Positions 20,360-29,709 of a stretch of DNA of 64,000 bases are shown one piece after another (position 1 is the first letter of the stretch; the number at the start of each line of letters is the position of its first letter). Both the position numbers and the translations under genes were made by a program. The stretch lies in IMG/VR virus record IMGVR_UViG_3300037041_001930; one strand, written 5' to 3'. This DNA comes from a virus (lineage: Duplodnaviria; Caudoviricetes). The notes below the pieces were generated by a model, which searched no databases, was not told the DNA's origin, and saw only the letters and a list, made by a program, of their open reading frames with translations.

Positions 20360-20965
20360 TCACCAAGGCGCCGGGGCCTCATCGAGACCGAGATTATTCA
20401 ACCGAACCAGAATGCGCGCCCCATCGACGAGGGCCAACGGGGTATGCGCAGTCCCCAGGGTGATTCGTACCCCACGTGGCTCCCATTTGTAGTCACCGTC
20501 GTCATCCCAGAACAGGGGGAAGTTGGCTTGAGAGTTCAGAGGAGTCGCCCCGGGGAAGAAGTCCCAAACCGTGGCAGCCTTCTGGTCGATCATGGAGCAT
20601 CGGGTCACGATGTCGCCGGAGACCACTGCACCTAGGCCCTGGCGTTGGTTGATCTGGATAATCAGGCTGTGCACCGTGGTGACCAGACCCCAGAAGGGGT
20701 GTGGCGCCATCCGGGTCATCCAGCCACCGGGATGCCCAGATGCCGCGAGGACAACATCGGGATCCCATTCCATCTCTGCAGTGCTGAAGTCCCCATCGGT
20801 GAGGTATGGTAGCGTGACTTCAGATGTCCTGGTGACACCACCGGGTTCAATGGGAAGCCAGAGCACGTTGTCTTGACCGTCGCCACCGGGGCCAGCATCA
20901 GGGATCTGGTTTTTAGCTGCCAGCGAATGGATGAATGGACCCATGAGGCCTTGAAGAGTTGGCAT
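20360..20965 (-). CDS. Hypothetical virion protein, paralog of the C-terminus of 22021..22947
   Basis: Shared motif W(D/T)(F/Y)FPGATP(L/I)N...DD.D....RG..I.L...P.AL.D...I.+.L..L. Confidence 0.7.
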   Translation of the reverse strand: MPTLQGLMGPFIHSLAAKNQIPDAGPGGDGQDNVLWLPIEPGGVTRTSEVTLPYLTDGDFSTAEMEWDPDVVLAASGHPGGWMTRMAPHPFWGLVTTVHSLIIQINQRQGLGAVVSGDIVTRCSMIDQKAATVWDFFPGATPLNSQANFPLFWDDDGDYKWEPRGVRITLGTAHTPLALVDGARILVRLNNLGLDEAPAPW

Positions 20966-20974
20966 CGTGACCTC

Positions 20975-21970
20975 TCAGACGTCGTTTTCTCGGAACAGGA
21001 ATTGGTGGATGCTCAGGTAACTCGAACCCTTCCAGGTAATCGAAACCTTGACGGTGTAGTTGGTCTCGAAGATGAGATCACTGGCACCTGTCTTCACTAC
21101 TTTGAAGATGCCACGGGAATCCGCACCAGAGATCCAGACTTCAGCACCTGCGCTGTGGTAGGCGCGTGTGGTCCCCAGGGAGGCCCGGGTGACGGTTACC
21201 AGGGTTGGGGCGTCCACGGTGACCACTGTCATGAGTTCATTGTCGCATGCCAGGATTCTTCCAGCGGTGAGCCCTGCGGTCGAGGGTACCGTGAGCTGAA
21301 CGGCACCCGCACTGCTGCCAAGGGGGACACTGAGGAGCTGGGAGTACACTGGGGTATCGGTGCCCACGAAGATTGGGGAGACCCCATCGACTTCGTAGAG
21401 TTCCACTGTGGCGTGGTGCAGGAACTTGTCGGTGATCGCGGCCCCATTGACCTGGAGCGAGGGGTAGAACCCGATGAGATCGTTGGCGGGGACCCCGGTA
21501 TCCGTGTACTCGAACCCCAGGAGGCACATGGACACCGTACTCGAGCCCAGACGGTTGTAGATCGAGGTGAGGTCGCGGTGGTCGTCGCCAGTGATCGCGT
21601 CGATTTGATCTTCCCCACCACCAAAGACGAGTTTGTTGATGTCCCGATTATCCGCATTGGCGTCATCATAGATCTCGATGAGCAAGGCGTGTTCTTCGTA
21701 GGGCGGGAACTTGGTGGCGAAGGTGCCGGCACCATTGGCTTGCTCGTAGGCATACCCGATGTCGATGCTATAGCACCGCAAGAGGGGCTGCGGGGTGCAG
21801 GTCTCATACCCCGTGATGTCCAGGGCTTCACCGGTGAGCCCACTGGCGAGCAACTTGAGCACGCGAGCTCTCACGGTTCCCGTGGGGGCCACGGGGAGGA
21901 CGCCGACGGCGATGTGTCCGGCGTTCACGGTACCTGGGGTCGCATTGGTCACGAATGATGGATATTTCAC
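20975..21970 (-). CDS. Hypothetical virion protein containing the fibre-anchor-like module
   Basis: QLTVPSTAGL..GRILACDNELMTV...VTVTRASLGTTRAYHSAGAEV resembles the N-terminal module of the collagen fibres. Confidence 0.7.
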   Translation of the reverse strand: MKYPSFVTNATPGTVNAGHIAVGVLPVAPTGTVRARVLKLLASGLTGEALDITGYETCTPQPLLRCYSIDIGYAYEQANGAGTFATKFPPYEEHALLIEIYDDANADNRDINKLVFGGGEDQIDAITGDDHRDLTSIYNRLGSSTVSMCLLGFEYTDTGVPANDLIGFYPSLQVNGAAITDKFLHHATVELYEVDGVSPIFVGTDTPVYSQLLSVPLGSSAGAVQLTVPSTAGLTAGRILACDNELMTVVTVDAPTLVTVTRASLGTTRAYHSAGAEVWISGADSRGIFKVVKTGASDLIFETNYTVKVSITWKGSSYLSIHQFLFRENDV

Positions 21971-22020
21971 AGGTCTCTCCGATACAGGAAATCTTGGTGT
22001 TGGTCGTGAGCTGACAATGC

Positions 22021-22947
22021 CTACCAGGCCCAGAGCGAGGTCAGCGGGGTGAGATGAATGATGACTTCGCCGGCATCACGCAAAGCGCTGGGATTGGCTT
22101 CCCTGGTGAGTTCTATAATGAACCCCCTGGACTCCTTGTCGCCGTCTTCGTCGTCAACAATGGGAGTCCAGTTCGGGATCGCATTGATTGGAGTGGCCCC
22201 AGGGAAGTAGGTCCACCTGGATTTCTCGTAGACGCTACCACGGGGGCCGCCAACACTATCAACCCGAGTCGTCGTATAGGGGTGATAGGGGTTACAGTAG
22301 GCATCGTAGATCATAGGGGTCCCCGCGGGATGGTACCCCGCGGAGGTCCCCAGTCTGCCACGCACGACTTGGACTTGATAGCCGGATACCGCGGTGACCC
22401 GCATGGCTTCGTAGCCGATGACGGCGTAGTGCCCCTGGATAAACAGCCCACTCACAGGGGTCGTGAGATTGAACACAGTAGTCGATGGCAATATAGTTTC
22501 TGCGAGGATGCGATTCCCGACGGCACCGGCGCTGAGGACCCCGAGGGCGCGATGATTGGGTTCGTCCCCGGGGCGCCGGTAGTGAATGTTGAGTTGGCGG
22601 ACGATATCAGAGATCCGAGTCGGTAGCCTGGGCCATGTGCCCACGGGGTACGCGGGGTCACCACCGGTATTGATGTCAGAGTAACCCCAGGATCTCGAGT
22701 CGTCATCCCACTTCATCATGGCCAGGGATAGTGTCTCGGCTCCCAGGGGCTGCGGGAAGCATGCCGCGGGGATCGAGATGTCATGCGACAGGTTTACGTT
22801 GGCGCCCACGGCATCACGGAAGCCCTCGGGGAGCACGATATCAAGGGTTCCGCAATACTGCACTTCAGTGGGCTCCGTGAGGGGAAGGCCAGCAAACGTG
22901 GCGTTATCGGTAAGAGGCAGGGCACCGGGTATAATGTTCATGGCCAT
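22021..22947 (-). CDS. Hypothetical virion protein containing the fibre-anchor-like module
   Basis: Start re-assigned to ATG 22947, 2 nt after the upstream TAA. Contains GHYAVIGYEAMRVTAVSG..VQVVRGRLGTSAGYHPAGT. Confidence 0.7.
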   Translation of the reverse strand: MAMNIIPGALPLTDNATFAGLPLTEPTEVQYCGTLDIVLPEGFRDAVGANVNLSHDISIPAACFPQPLGAETLSLAMMKWDDDSRSWGYSDINTGGDPAYPVGTWPRLPTRISDIVRQLNIHYRRPGDEPNHRALGVLSAGAVGNRILAETILPSTTVFNLTTPVSGLFIQGHYAVIGYEAMRVTAVSGYQVQVVRGRLGTSAGYHPAGTPMIYDAYCNPYHPYTTTRVDSVGGPRGSVYEKSRWTYFPGATPINAIPNWTPIVDDEDGDKESRGFIIELTREANPSALRDAGEVIIHLTPLTSLWAW

Positions 22948-22949
22948 GG

Positions 22950-23711
22950 TTATGGCCCCATGTTCAGCACGCGGGTCACCGACGTCAAGGTTTCTGAAAG
23001 GGGAGTCGAGTCCTGGGGTGCCCATGCAAACGTGAGCGTGAGCACGGCACCATCACGAATTCGTGTGATCCTCTTGATATGGAGGAGTCCATTGGGGTGC
23101 CAGGTATAGGAGACCACAAATAACACTGCTGTCTTCGTGGCATCCGAGTAATGCGTTTTAGTCGTGAGATCCCCGGTTACCGGGCTCCACGCGTACTCGG
23201 TGTAATAAGCCTGGTTGTCGAGCTCGAACTCGATGTCGAGGCCAATCTGGTCACAGCAGTCACCACTCGGAGTCGGCCCGGGTTCCCCTGAAGTCGCCCC
23301 GGGGGCGTACGTCAGGATACCCTTAACCGCCGTGATCTCGCGTGGAGTCTGGGAGTCGAAGACGCCGATGAGACGCCACTCGAGGTCAATGGGGTTCAGG
23401 GTGTCGAGAACATTGAAGGCGGGGCTGCCACCATGGATCTGGTACGGGATGCGACCTGCGTTGGGGTTCTCGAGATCCCAGGTCGCTGCCCCGGGGACAT
23501 AATTCACGCTCAGGATCAGAGCACCCTTCTCGGTGAAGACACCGAGACGGGGATACGGGGCCTTGAGGACCAAGGGTTCAGAATCGTATTCGAGGACAAG
23601 ACGTACGCTGAGATCATCTGCGGAATCCAGAACCAAGGGGGTCTGGGGACGCAGGGGGACCAGCGTGGTCAGCGCGGACTTCAAATCGAGGCGGAGCTCA
23701 GCGATTCGCAT
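22950..23711 (-). CDS. Hypothetical virion protein
   Basis: 253-aa ORF in the operon; beta-rich, with a YD-repeat-like C-terminal part (YYTEYAWSPVTGDLTTKTHY...SYTWHPNGLL). Confidence 0.7.
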   Translation of the reverse strand: MRIAELRLDLKSALTTLVPLRPQTPLVLDSADDLSVRLVLEYDSEPLVLKAPYPRLGVFTEKGALILSVNYVPGAATWDLENPNAGRIPYQIHGGSPAFNVLDTLNPIDLEWRLIGVFDSQTPREITAVKGILTYAPGATSGEPGPTPSGDCCDQIGLDIEFELDNQAYYTEYAWSPVTGDLTTKTHYSDATKTAVLFVVSYTWHPNGLLHIKRITRIRDGAVLTLTFAWAPQDSTPLSETLTSVTRVLNMGP

Positions 23712-23740
23712 GAATAGTCTCCAGCCCCGAGACAGTTGAA

Positions 23741-24214
23741 TCAGGGGGCCTGAATCAGGGCTTCCTGGGGTTCCCTGGCATCTTCAGTGGTTTCGACATC
23801 TGCGCTAGAGGCTGGATCCACCGCGGAGATGTCACCCTGTGAAGTCAGGGCGAGCTCGATGCCCTGGATGCGTGCCAGGTTGGCGTAGAAGTTGAGATTG
23901 ACTTGGAGAGGCCCGATAACACCGGGTTCCGGGATCCTGCCGTTCTTCTCGGCCCGGATCACGGAATCCCGGATATCGGCCTGACAGCGTCGGAGATGGC
24001 GGAGTAGGAACTCCTTGGTGTCCCCGACCTCAAAGAAGAGGTCGATGGCACCGCGTTGGATGTCCTGGCGCTGTGACATCGTCCTGATATTGCCCCGGTG
24101 GTCACCAACGAAGTGGTAGACCCCGGGTCCCAGAGTCCGGTTCGGCTTAATCCAGGTGAGTATAACTCTTGGATATTTAACTACAACAATGGTGTGTGCT
24201 ATTGACGTATTCAT
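23741..24214 (-). CDS. Hypothetical protein
   Basis: 157 aa; ATGA overlap with the upstream gene. Confidence 0.7.
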   Translation of the reverse strand: MNTSIAHTIVVVKYPRVILTWIKPNRTLGPGVYHFVGDHRGNIRTMSQRQDIQRGAIDLFFEVGDTKEFLLRHLRRCQADIRDSVIRAEKNGRIPEPGVIGPLQVNLNFYANLARIQGIELALTSQGDISAVDPASSADVETTEDAREPQEALIQAP

Positions 24215-24540
24215 TTTGCAGACTTCTTTGCAGCCTTGTGACGACTCGCCAACTTGGTCAACGCGATGTCGCCATCGAGGCGTCCTGGGCGAGGTGCCGC
24301 TGCCTTGAACTGGGCTGCTTGTTTTTCCAGGAATTTGTTTACAATTCCCGCCTTCTTCTCATTCTTAGCCTTCTTCGGACTCCCCATCGCAGGGGTGATG
24401 TTACCCTTGGCGTTGGTACTCGGCTGAGTAGGCTGCTCGGGTGGCGGCGGCGCATTGGTTCCACTCCGCGGTTTAACAGGGGTGGAAGTGTGGGCTGCAA
24501 TCTTCTGTGCAGCCCGGAAGAGTAATTCACGGGGTTTCAT
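24211..24540 (-). CDS. Small basic hypothetical protein
   Basis: Start re-assigned to ATG 24540 with GGAG RBS; Lys/Ala/Pro-rich; carries KIAA and KLAS motifs. Confidence 0.65.
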   Translation of the reverse strand: MKPRELLFRAAQKIAAHTSTPVKPRSGTNAPPPPEQPTQPSTNAKGNITPAMGSPKKAKNEKKAGIVNKFLEKQAAQFKAAAPRPGRLDGDIALTKLASRHKAAKKSAK

Positions 24541-24605
24541 GGGTGCTCCGATGCGATAGGATAGTCTTGGAAATCCCTCGAACAAGTCGGGGTAGGCAGG
24601 CTGCC

Positions 24606-24642
24606 AAAGAAGGACGCCACCCGGTTTCCCAGGTGGCGTCCT
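24606..24642 (-). terminator. Probable intrinsic terminator downstream of the major capsid gene
   Basis: Minus strand AGGACGCCACCTGG-GAAA-CCGGGTGGCGTCCT is a 14-bp stem (one G-U) with a GNRA loop (24611-24642), followed by a short TCTTT. Confidence 0.75.
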
Positions 24643-24670
24643 ATTACAATCTCAAATCCAACCTATCAGC

Positions 24671-25609
24671 TCAATTCTGCGAGATGGTCACCAGGGCGAC
24701 CGCAGCGGGGTTGGCGATGGTGGCGCCGCGTTCAGCGTACGCGAAGAATTCCAGGTTGTATGCGCGCTTGTCGACATACATCGTGGTGTCTTCGAGGACG
24801 TAGGACTTGCCCAGGAACTCCGGGGAAGCGAACACCCAGAAGCTGGATTCGGCGACGAGCTCGGTCTTGTTGGTAACGACCCAGTTGCAGCCGATCAGTT
24901 TCTTCTGTTGGAAGCCGTCGACCAACATGTCTTGCGACAAGTCGCCACCGGCTTCGTCACGGGTGAACTTACTGACGTCATGGATGGTGATGTTGTTGAC
25001 CAGGATGGTCACGCCGTCCAAGTGGGCGAAAGTACGTGGCAGGATCTTTTTGATCTCGAACAACGAGTTACGGGTGATGCCCGCGGGATCAACGAACTTG
25101 ACGTTTTGGACGATGCCGGTTTCAGGAACGATACCGCCCTGAGGTCCCACGATGGCTTGGCAAGCCGACAGCATCTTGCGGTCGAACTCGAAATCCATGT
25201 CGAGGATGGCGTTGTCCGAGATGACCTGGCGGATGTCCATACCGTAGGTACGGAGTTCCGAGGTATCCTTCGTGAACTTATGGGTCACGATACGATCGAA
25301 GTAGACCGGGTAACGGTCACCACGGAAGTAGTATTGGATGGGCTGCTGACCCAGGGGGATCGTGATAGCAGCGGGTGAGTTGGGTTCGCGTTCAACCAGC
25401 TTGACGTTCTTGTCATTGCTGAGTTGTGGGGTGAGTTCGTCATCCCCAATCTTGATCGCTGGCAGAATCTTCTCGAAGAACGAGGATTCACGGATGCGAA
25501 CGCGGGTGAAATCGGTCACCATGTCCGCTGCGGCTTTGATATGACCCTTTTCGAGCATACCGAAGAATGCAGCATTGGACTGGGCCGCGGACAGCTTTTT
25601 CTGACTCAT
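24671..25609 (-). CDS. Major capsid protein (HK97-fold type)
   Basis: 312 aa. RIRESSFFEKIL, YPVYFDRIVTHKFTKDTSEL..YGMDIRQVISDNAILDMDFEFDRKML and C-terminal FFAYAERGATIANPAAVALV match the HK97-type MCP pattern. Canonical order protease-scaffold-decoration-MCP-terminator; strong AAGGA RBS. Confidence 0.85.
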   Translation of the reverse strand: MSQKKLSAAQSNAAFFGMLEKGHIKAAADMVTDFTRVRIRESSFFEKILPAIKIGDDELTPQLSNDKNVKLVEREPNSPAAITIPLGQQPIQYYFRGDRYPVYFDRIVTHKFTKDTSELRTYGMDIRQVISDNAILDMDFEFDRKMLSACQAIVGPQGGIVPETGIVQNVKFVDPAGITRNSLFEIKKILPRTFAHLDGVTILVNNITIHDVSKFTRDEAGGDLSQDMLVDGFQQKKLIGCNWVVTNKTELVAESSFWVFASPEFLGKSYVLEDTTMYVDKRAYNLEFFAYAERGATIANPAAVALVTISQN

Positions 25610-25651
25610 GGTCTCAATTCCTTGTTGGTTTGTGGTTGGAGGCTACCGAGC

Positions 25652-26263
25652 TCACAGGCTGGCAGGCAGGGTGTTTCCGGCGCGGAGGAGTTCCAGGCCG
25701 GGATAGAACGCCAGGGTGGCGTAGCCATCGGGTCCAGTGAACTTGCCGGCGGGGGCGACGCGACCGATGATGATATCGGTAGCAGGGGTCGCGAGGTCGC
25801 GGATAACACCAGCGTTGGCGTTACCAGTAGCCACGCAGGTCAGGGGCTGACCGGGGACATAGGTCTTCGAGGCATCGAATGCAGTGGTACTGAGTTCGAC
25901 AGCCGATTTACCCGTGATGGTGCCGAAGCGGGCTTCACCGGCGTAGGGCATGGCGTAGCCATTGCCGCCAGTGGAGTTCGAGCGGGTTTGGGCATTCAGG
26001 GCGCCACTGAGCAGGCCGTCGCGGACGACGTCTGGAGCATTGTTGGCGTCGGTGCCAGACACGGCGAACAGCGGGAGCTGGTTCAGGGCATCAGCTGCGT
26101 CGAGGCCAGCGCGGAGCTTGCCGGTGAGGGGAGAGATGGAGCAGACAGAACCTGCGTCGATGAGGACGCCGGGGCCGAGTTGACCAGTAAAGTCGACCAG
26201 GGTATTACGGTCGCCTTTACGGACTTCGAGCTTCTTGCCACCCATACTGGTTGGGATACTCAT
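25652..26263 (-). CDS. Probable capsid decoration/cement protein
   Basis: 203 aa, Gly/Ala/Thr-rich and beta-rich, immediately upstream of the MCP; YVPGQPLT...GVI...IIGRV resembles beta-tulip cement proteins. Confidence 0.6.
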   Translation of the reverse strand: MSIPTSMGGKKLEVRKGDRNTLVDFTGQLGPGVLIDAGSVCSISPLTGKLRAGLDAADALNQLPLFAVSGTDANNAPDVVRDGLLSGALNAQTRSNSTGGNGYAMPYAGEARFGTITGKSAVELSTTAFDASKTYVPGQPLTCVATGNANAGVIRDLATPATDIIIGRVAPAGKFTGPDGYATLAFYPGLELLRAGNTLPASL

Positions 26264-26324
26264 GTTAATCTTCCTTTGGTGAAGACATGTGAAGGGGACA
26301 TATGCCCCGGTTAATCAGGTAGGT

Positions 26325-26762
26325 TCAGTTACCCGAAGGGATGTGCTGACGAGCATGACGATCCCAAACCGCATCTGAACACTCGGCTTGGGCTTCAGGA
26401 TCCTCGACAACGCTGGCCACTTTGGTGGCCCGGCTTGCGACTTCAGCAAACTTGTGCAGTGCCGTGACAGCCTTGGAGTGATCCATGACTTCGTTGGCAA
26501 AGGCTTCTGCGCGTTCGGGACTCGAGATCATGCCGGATTGCAACAGGGTTGCAGCGGCGCGCTTGGCGAGTCCACGCAGATTTGCCACCTTGGCCTGGTC
26601 GGCTTCGCTGGCGGTCTTTTGCGTTTTCTGCGCTGCGGCGAGTTCGGCCTTGAGGGCTGTATTCTCCGCGGCTTGTTTTTGGATGATACCCTGGGCTTGT
26701 TCCAGGGTGGAGGCGAGACCATCAATAGTGCTCGCAACTTTCTTGAGCTCGTTGCCAGTCAT
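26325..26762 (-). CDS. Coiled-coil scaffold-like head protein with 7 KxA motifs
   Basis: Start re-assigned to ATG 26762. Heptad-rich; KVAS, KQAA, KTAS, KVAN, KRAA, KFAE, KVAS. Confidence 0.7.
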   Translation of the reverse strand: MTGNELKKVASTIDGLASTLEQAQGIIQKQAAENTALKAELAAAQKTQKTASEADQAKVANLRGLAKRAAATLLQSGMISSPERAEAFANEVMDHSKAVTALHKFAEVASRATKVASVVEDPEAQAECSDAVWDRHARQHIPSGN

Positions 26763-26766
26763 GGGA

Positions 26767-28302
26767 TCAGGCTTTCTTGTTGGTGGAGGTTTGCGCGATT
26801 TGGAGAGCAGCTGCCTTCTTGAAGATCGCTGCGCTGACACGAGCCTTGTAACTCGCGACTTTGTCCATCGCGGGCACCGGGGCTGCGCGGAGGTTGGCGA
26901 GTTCCTGGGGATCGATGCCCATTTCCTGGAGAACTTGCATCAGAGCTGCTTGTTCCTCAGGAGTCTTGGCTTCGAGGCCAGCCAGGGGGTCACCGTTAAT
27001 CGGGGAGCCCGTGGGGGCTGCACCAGGGATACCAGCGGCGGGATCACCACCGGGGATACCTGCGGCAGCGGCGGCGGGATCACCACCGGGGATACCGGCT
27101 TCTTCACCACCAGGGAGATGTTCGGCGTTTTCTTGGGCAGGGGATTCGCCTTGCTCGTGCGCAGCAGAGTCGCCTTCCTTCTTGCCTTCTTCAGCCTTCG
27201 CGCCTTCGGAGCCCTCGTGGCCTTCGCCTTCACCGGCTTCATGCCGTGCGGCTTCTTCGAGTTCTTGAGCAGTCTTGATAGCCAAATTGAAACCAAAAGT
27301 GTGCGCGGCTTTGTGGAGCGTGCGCAGCTTCTGGGGGTAATCGGGATGACCGGGGCCGACATCCAATGCAGCCACTTTCATGGCCTGGAGGTCTTCAGGA
27401 GGCAGTTCACCGCCGGCGTCGCCGCCAGGGGGAAGTGCACCAGCGGGACCAGCGCCACCCATGGCATCAGCAGGGGGAGCCCCGGCGTCGCCACCAGGAG
27501 GAGCTCCAGCAGCGGCGGGATCACCACCAGCACCGGCGGCTCCACCCATCTGTTCACTCAAGGCTTGGAGTTCTTGGAGGTCCTCAGGGGACAATGCACC
27601 GCTACGGGCGGCTTCCTGAAGGATCTGTGCGGCTTGCTCGTCGTCGATCTCACCGTTCTGCAGGGCTTGCATGAGCTCTTGAGCCCCGGCTTGCGCTGCG
27701 CCTTGTTCGCCACCAGGGATGGCTTCGCCGCCTGCGGCTTCCATCGCCTTTTTGGCGATGTATGCGCTCATGCCGGTCAGGGGCTTGGCGGCTTCAGGCT
27801 GACCGTTGGATTTTCCCAGGATACTGGCGACTTTCTGTTGGGCCGCAGCTGCGTTGGCATCAACCGGTGCTTTTTCAGCAGCCGATTTCAGATACGCGGA
27901 AATCTTGCGTCCAGTCGAGATGAGTTCAGCAGCGGACTTCGAGAGTTCACTTTGGGGTACGGGACCATTGTCGGCTTCACCTTTGACTTCGAGATCGGCA
28001 CCCTTGCCGCCCTCTTGGCCATCAGTGGACACCGCGGTGGCACCCTCTGTGGAGGCTTCCACGCTTGCGCCGGGCTTGTTGGCTTCGGCGCCGCCGTCGA
28101 CTTTGGCTGCGGTATGCTTACCGGCCTCCTCGACGTTCTTGTTGTAGTGTTCACCTTTTTTAACGGCTTCAGTGCCGTTATCGCTGTCCAGGGGATCAGC
28201 GGGGCTCGCGGCTTTGCGGAGACCTTCGGTGGGAACTTCGGAGGCGCGTTTGATCATGAGGTCGAGATCCTCCATGATCGTGCGCTGTGTCTTTTGAGTC
28301 AT
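26767..28302 (-). CDS. Probable capsid scaffold/internal head protein, low complexity, KxA-rich
   Basis: 511 aa, Ala/Gly/Glu/Pro-rich, directly after the protease; about ten K-x-A motifs. Confidence 0.7.
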   Translation of the reverse strand: MTQKTQRTIMEDLDLMIKRASEVPTEGLRKAASPADPLDSDNGTEAVKKGEHYNKNVEEAGKHTAAKVDGGAEANKPGASVEASTEGATAVSTDGQEGGKGADLEVKGEADNGPVPQSELSKSAAELISTGRKISAYLKSAAEKAPVDANAAAAQQKVASILGKSNGQPEAAKPLTGMSAYIAKKAMEAAGGEAIPGGEQGAAQAGAQELMQALQNGEIDDEQAAQILQEAARSGALSPEDLQELQALSEQMGGAAGAGGDPAAAGAPPGGDAGAPPADAMGGAGPAGALPPGGDAGGELPPEDLQAMKVAALDVGPGHPDYPQKLRTLHKAAHTFGFNLAIKTAQELEEAARHEAGEGEGHEGSEGAKAEEGKKEGDSAAHEQGESPAQENAEHLPGGEEAGIPGGDPAAAAAGIPGGDPAAGIPGAAPTGSPINGDPLAGLEAKTPEEQAALMQVLQEMGIDPQELANLRAAPVPAMDKVASYKARVSAAIFKKAAALQIAQTSTNKKA

Positions 28303-28304
28303 AG

Positions 28305-29705
28305 CTACTTCCTTGGTGACAAGGGTGATGGTAACGGGGTTGCGCGCCTCGACAAGGCCATGCCCTGAACGAGGGCTCCGAGCGTGGCTTCATCTGCGTT
28401 GTTATTGGGATGCACGGCGAAAGCTACTTTGTAGTGGAGATAGAGGTCGGCAAGACCCCTACTCGCCGTGACATCAGGAGCACGACCAGCACCGGCCAAC
28501 TTCACATTCGGCTGACCGGAGATTGTGGCGTGGAGAACCCGACGACTCGGGTGGTCTCCGCGCATCGATGTCGCGTAATCCAGGGAGCCCACGACCTCGT
28601 CCTCGAGACGAATTGGGGTCGTGGATTCAGCGCCATCTAAAGAGTTGATTTCGATAGCAGATTTCAAGAGGCCATGAAAGCCTTGTTTAACAGCGAGATC
28701 ATGTGCCAGGTGAACATCTGGAGAGATCGATGCCATCGGGATCTCGACGACAAAGTCTGCGAAGTCCCGGATACTGAGGACACACCCACGCTTGTGGAGC
28801 CAGTTCAGCATCGAGGGGGCACCATGGGCCTCAAACGCCTTCTTGATCTCCTTGCGGGTCTCGAGATCGAGATCCTTGGGTTCTGGACCAATATCGGCGA
28901 GCTGGGCGAGACCGCCGATTCGCTTCTCGATGGTGGCCAGCCGCATCATCATCGCATACTTCGATGAGTTCAGTTTCCGCATCGAGGTCTGCAGGGCAGC
29001 CTCGAAACCAGGGACTCCTGGTCGCTCTAGTGCCACCTTCCGCAGAGTATAACCAATGCGGTCAGCGGGTTTCCATACCGTGGACTGGTCCATGTAGTAC
29101 GGATTCGGATTCTGCATGTAAACTTTTTGCCCATCCTTGGTGACTTCACCAAGCATGTGCTTGACGTGTTCGCAGTGATCCTTGGCCTCAGGTGCCTTGT
29201 GGCCACACACTGAACAGACGTCATAGGCCTGCATGGATCCCATGGATACCGGGACATCCTTGCCTTCTTCGAGAGCCTGGACCTCGTCAGCATTCTTTTC
29301 ATTGTCGAGTGCTGAGAGAAGCTCGATTCTCGACATGGGTCCGTTGTGACCCGTGAACAGGATGTCGCCCGTCTTCTTATCGGGGTCATCGTTGTCATGG
29401 TTCTTGAAGACATGACCATGAGTCTTAAATCTGGTATGACAAGTCTTGTTGTCTTTCTCGCTGAAGCCATCGTTGTTACGATTATCCCCGTAGCGTTCCT
29501 CGTCACCCACTGCGATGGTATGGATGATGGTCTTCCCTGGGATCGGCTTCATCTCGGCGAGTTCCTTCTGGAACAGGAGACCGCCGGCCTCCTTCGCCGT
29601 CTTCATGAACAGCTCTTTGTCGAACCCATGACTCGAGAATCTCACCAGGGTTACCTCAGGGGCCTGGAAGTCGTAGGTGTGCGGAGAAAGAATCTTGGCA
29701 ATCAT
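28305..29705 (-). CDS. Prohead (capsid maturation) serine protease, HK97-gp4/assemblin-like fold, with Zn-finger insert
   Basis: Start re-assigned to ATG 29705, after the upstream TAATAA. Motifs NRNNDGF, VFKNH (putative catalytic His), VSMGS (putative catalytic Ser), CSVCG...HCEH, DQSTVWKPAD; position upstream of scaffold and MCP. Confidence 0.8.
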   Translation of the reverse strand: MIAKILSPHTYDFQAPEVTLVRFSSHGFDKELFMKTAKEAGGLLFQKELAEMKPIPGKTIIHTIAVGDEERYGDNRNNDGFSEKDNKTCHTRFKTHGHVFKNHDNDDPDKKTGDILFTGHNGPMSRIELLSALDNEKNADEVQALEEGKDVPVSMGSMQAYDVCSVCGHKAPEAKDHCEHVKHMLGEVTKDGQKVYMQNPNPYYMDQSTVWKPADRIGYTLRKVALERPGVPGFEAALQTSMRKLNSSKYAMMMRLATIEKRIGGLAQLADIGPEPKDLDLETRKEIKKAFEAHGAPSMLNWLHKRGCVLSIRDFADFVVEIPMASISPDVHLAHDLAVKQGFHGLLKSAIEINSLDGAESTTPIRLEDEVVGSLDYATSMRGDHPSRRVLHATISGQPNVKLAGAGRAPDVTASRGLADLYLHYKVAFAVHPNNNADEATLGALVQGMALSRRATPLPSPLSPRK

Positions 29706-29709
29706 TTTA

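Noticed and set aside
26485-28368. 627-aa plus-strand ORF (and similar ones at 526, 1832, 2915, 20873, 32579, 54479, 60151)
   Set aside because: Antisense shadows of GC-rich minus-strand genes; no motifs; they conflict with a consistent single-strand operon.
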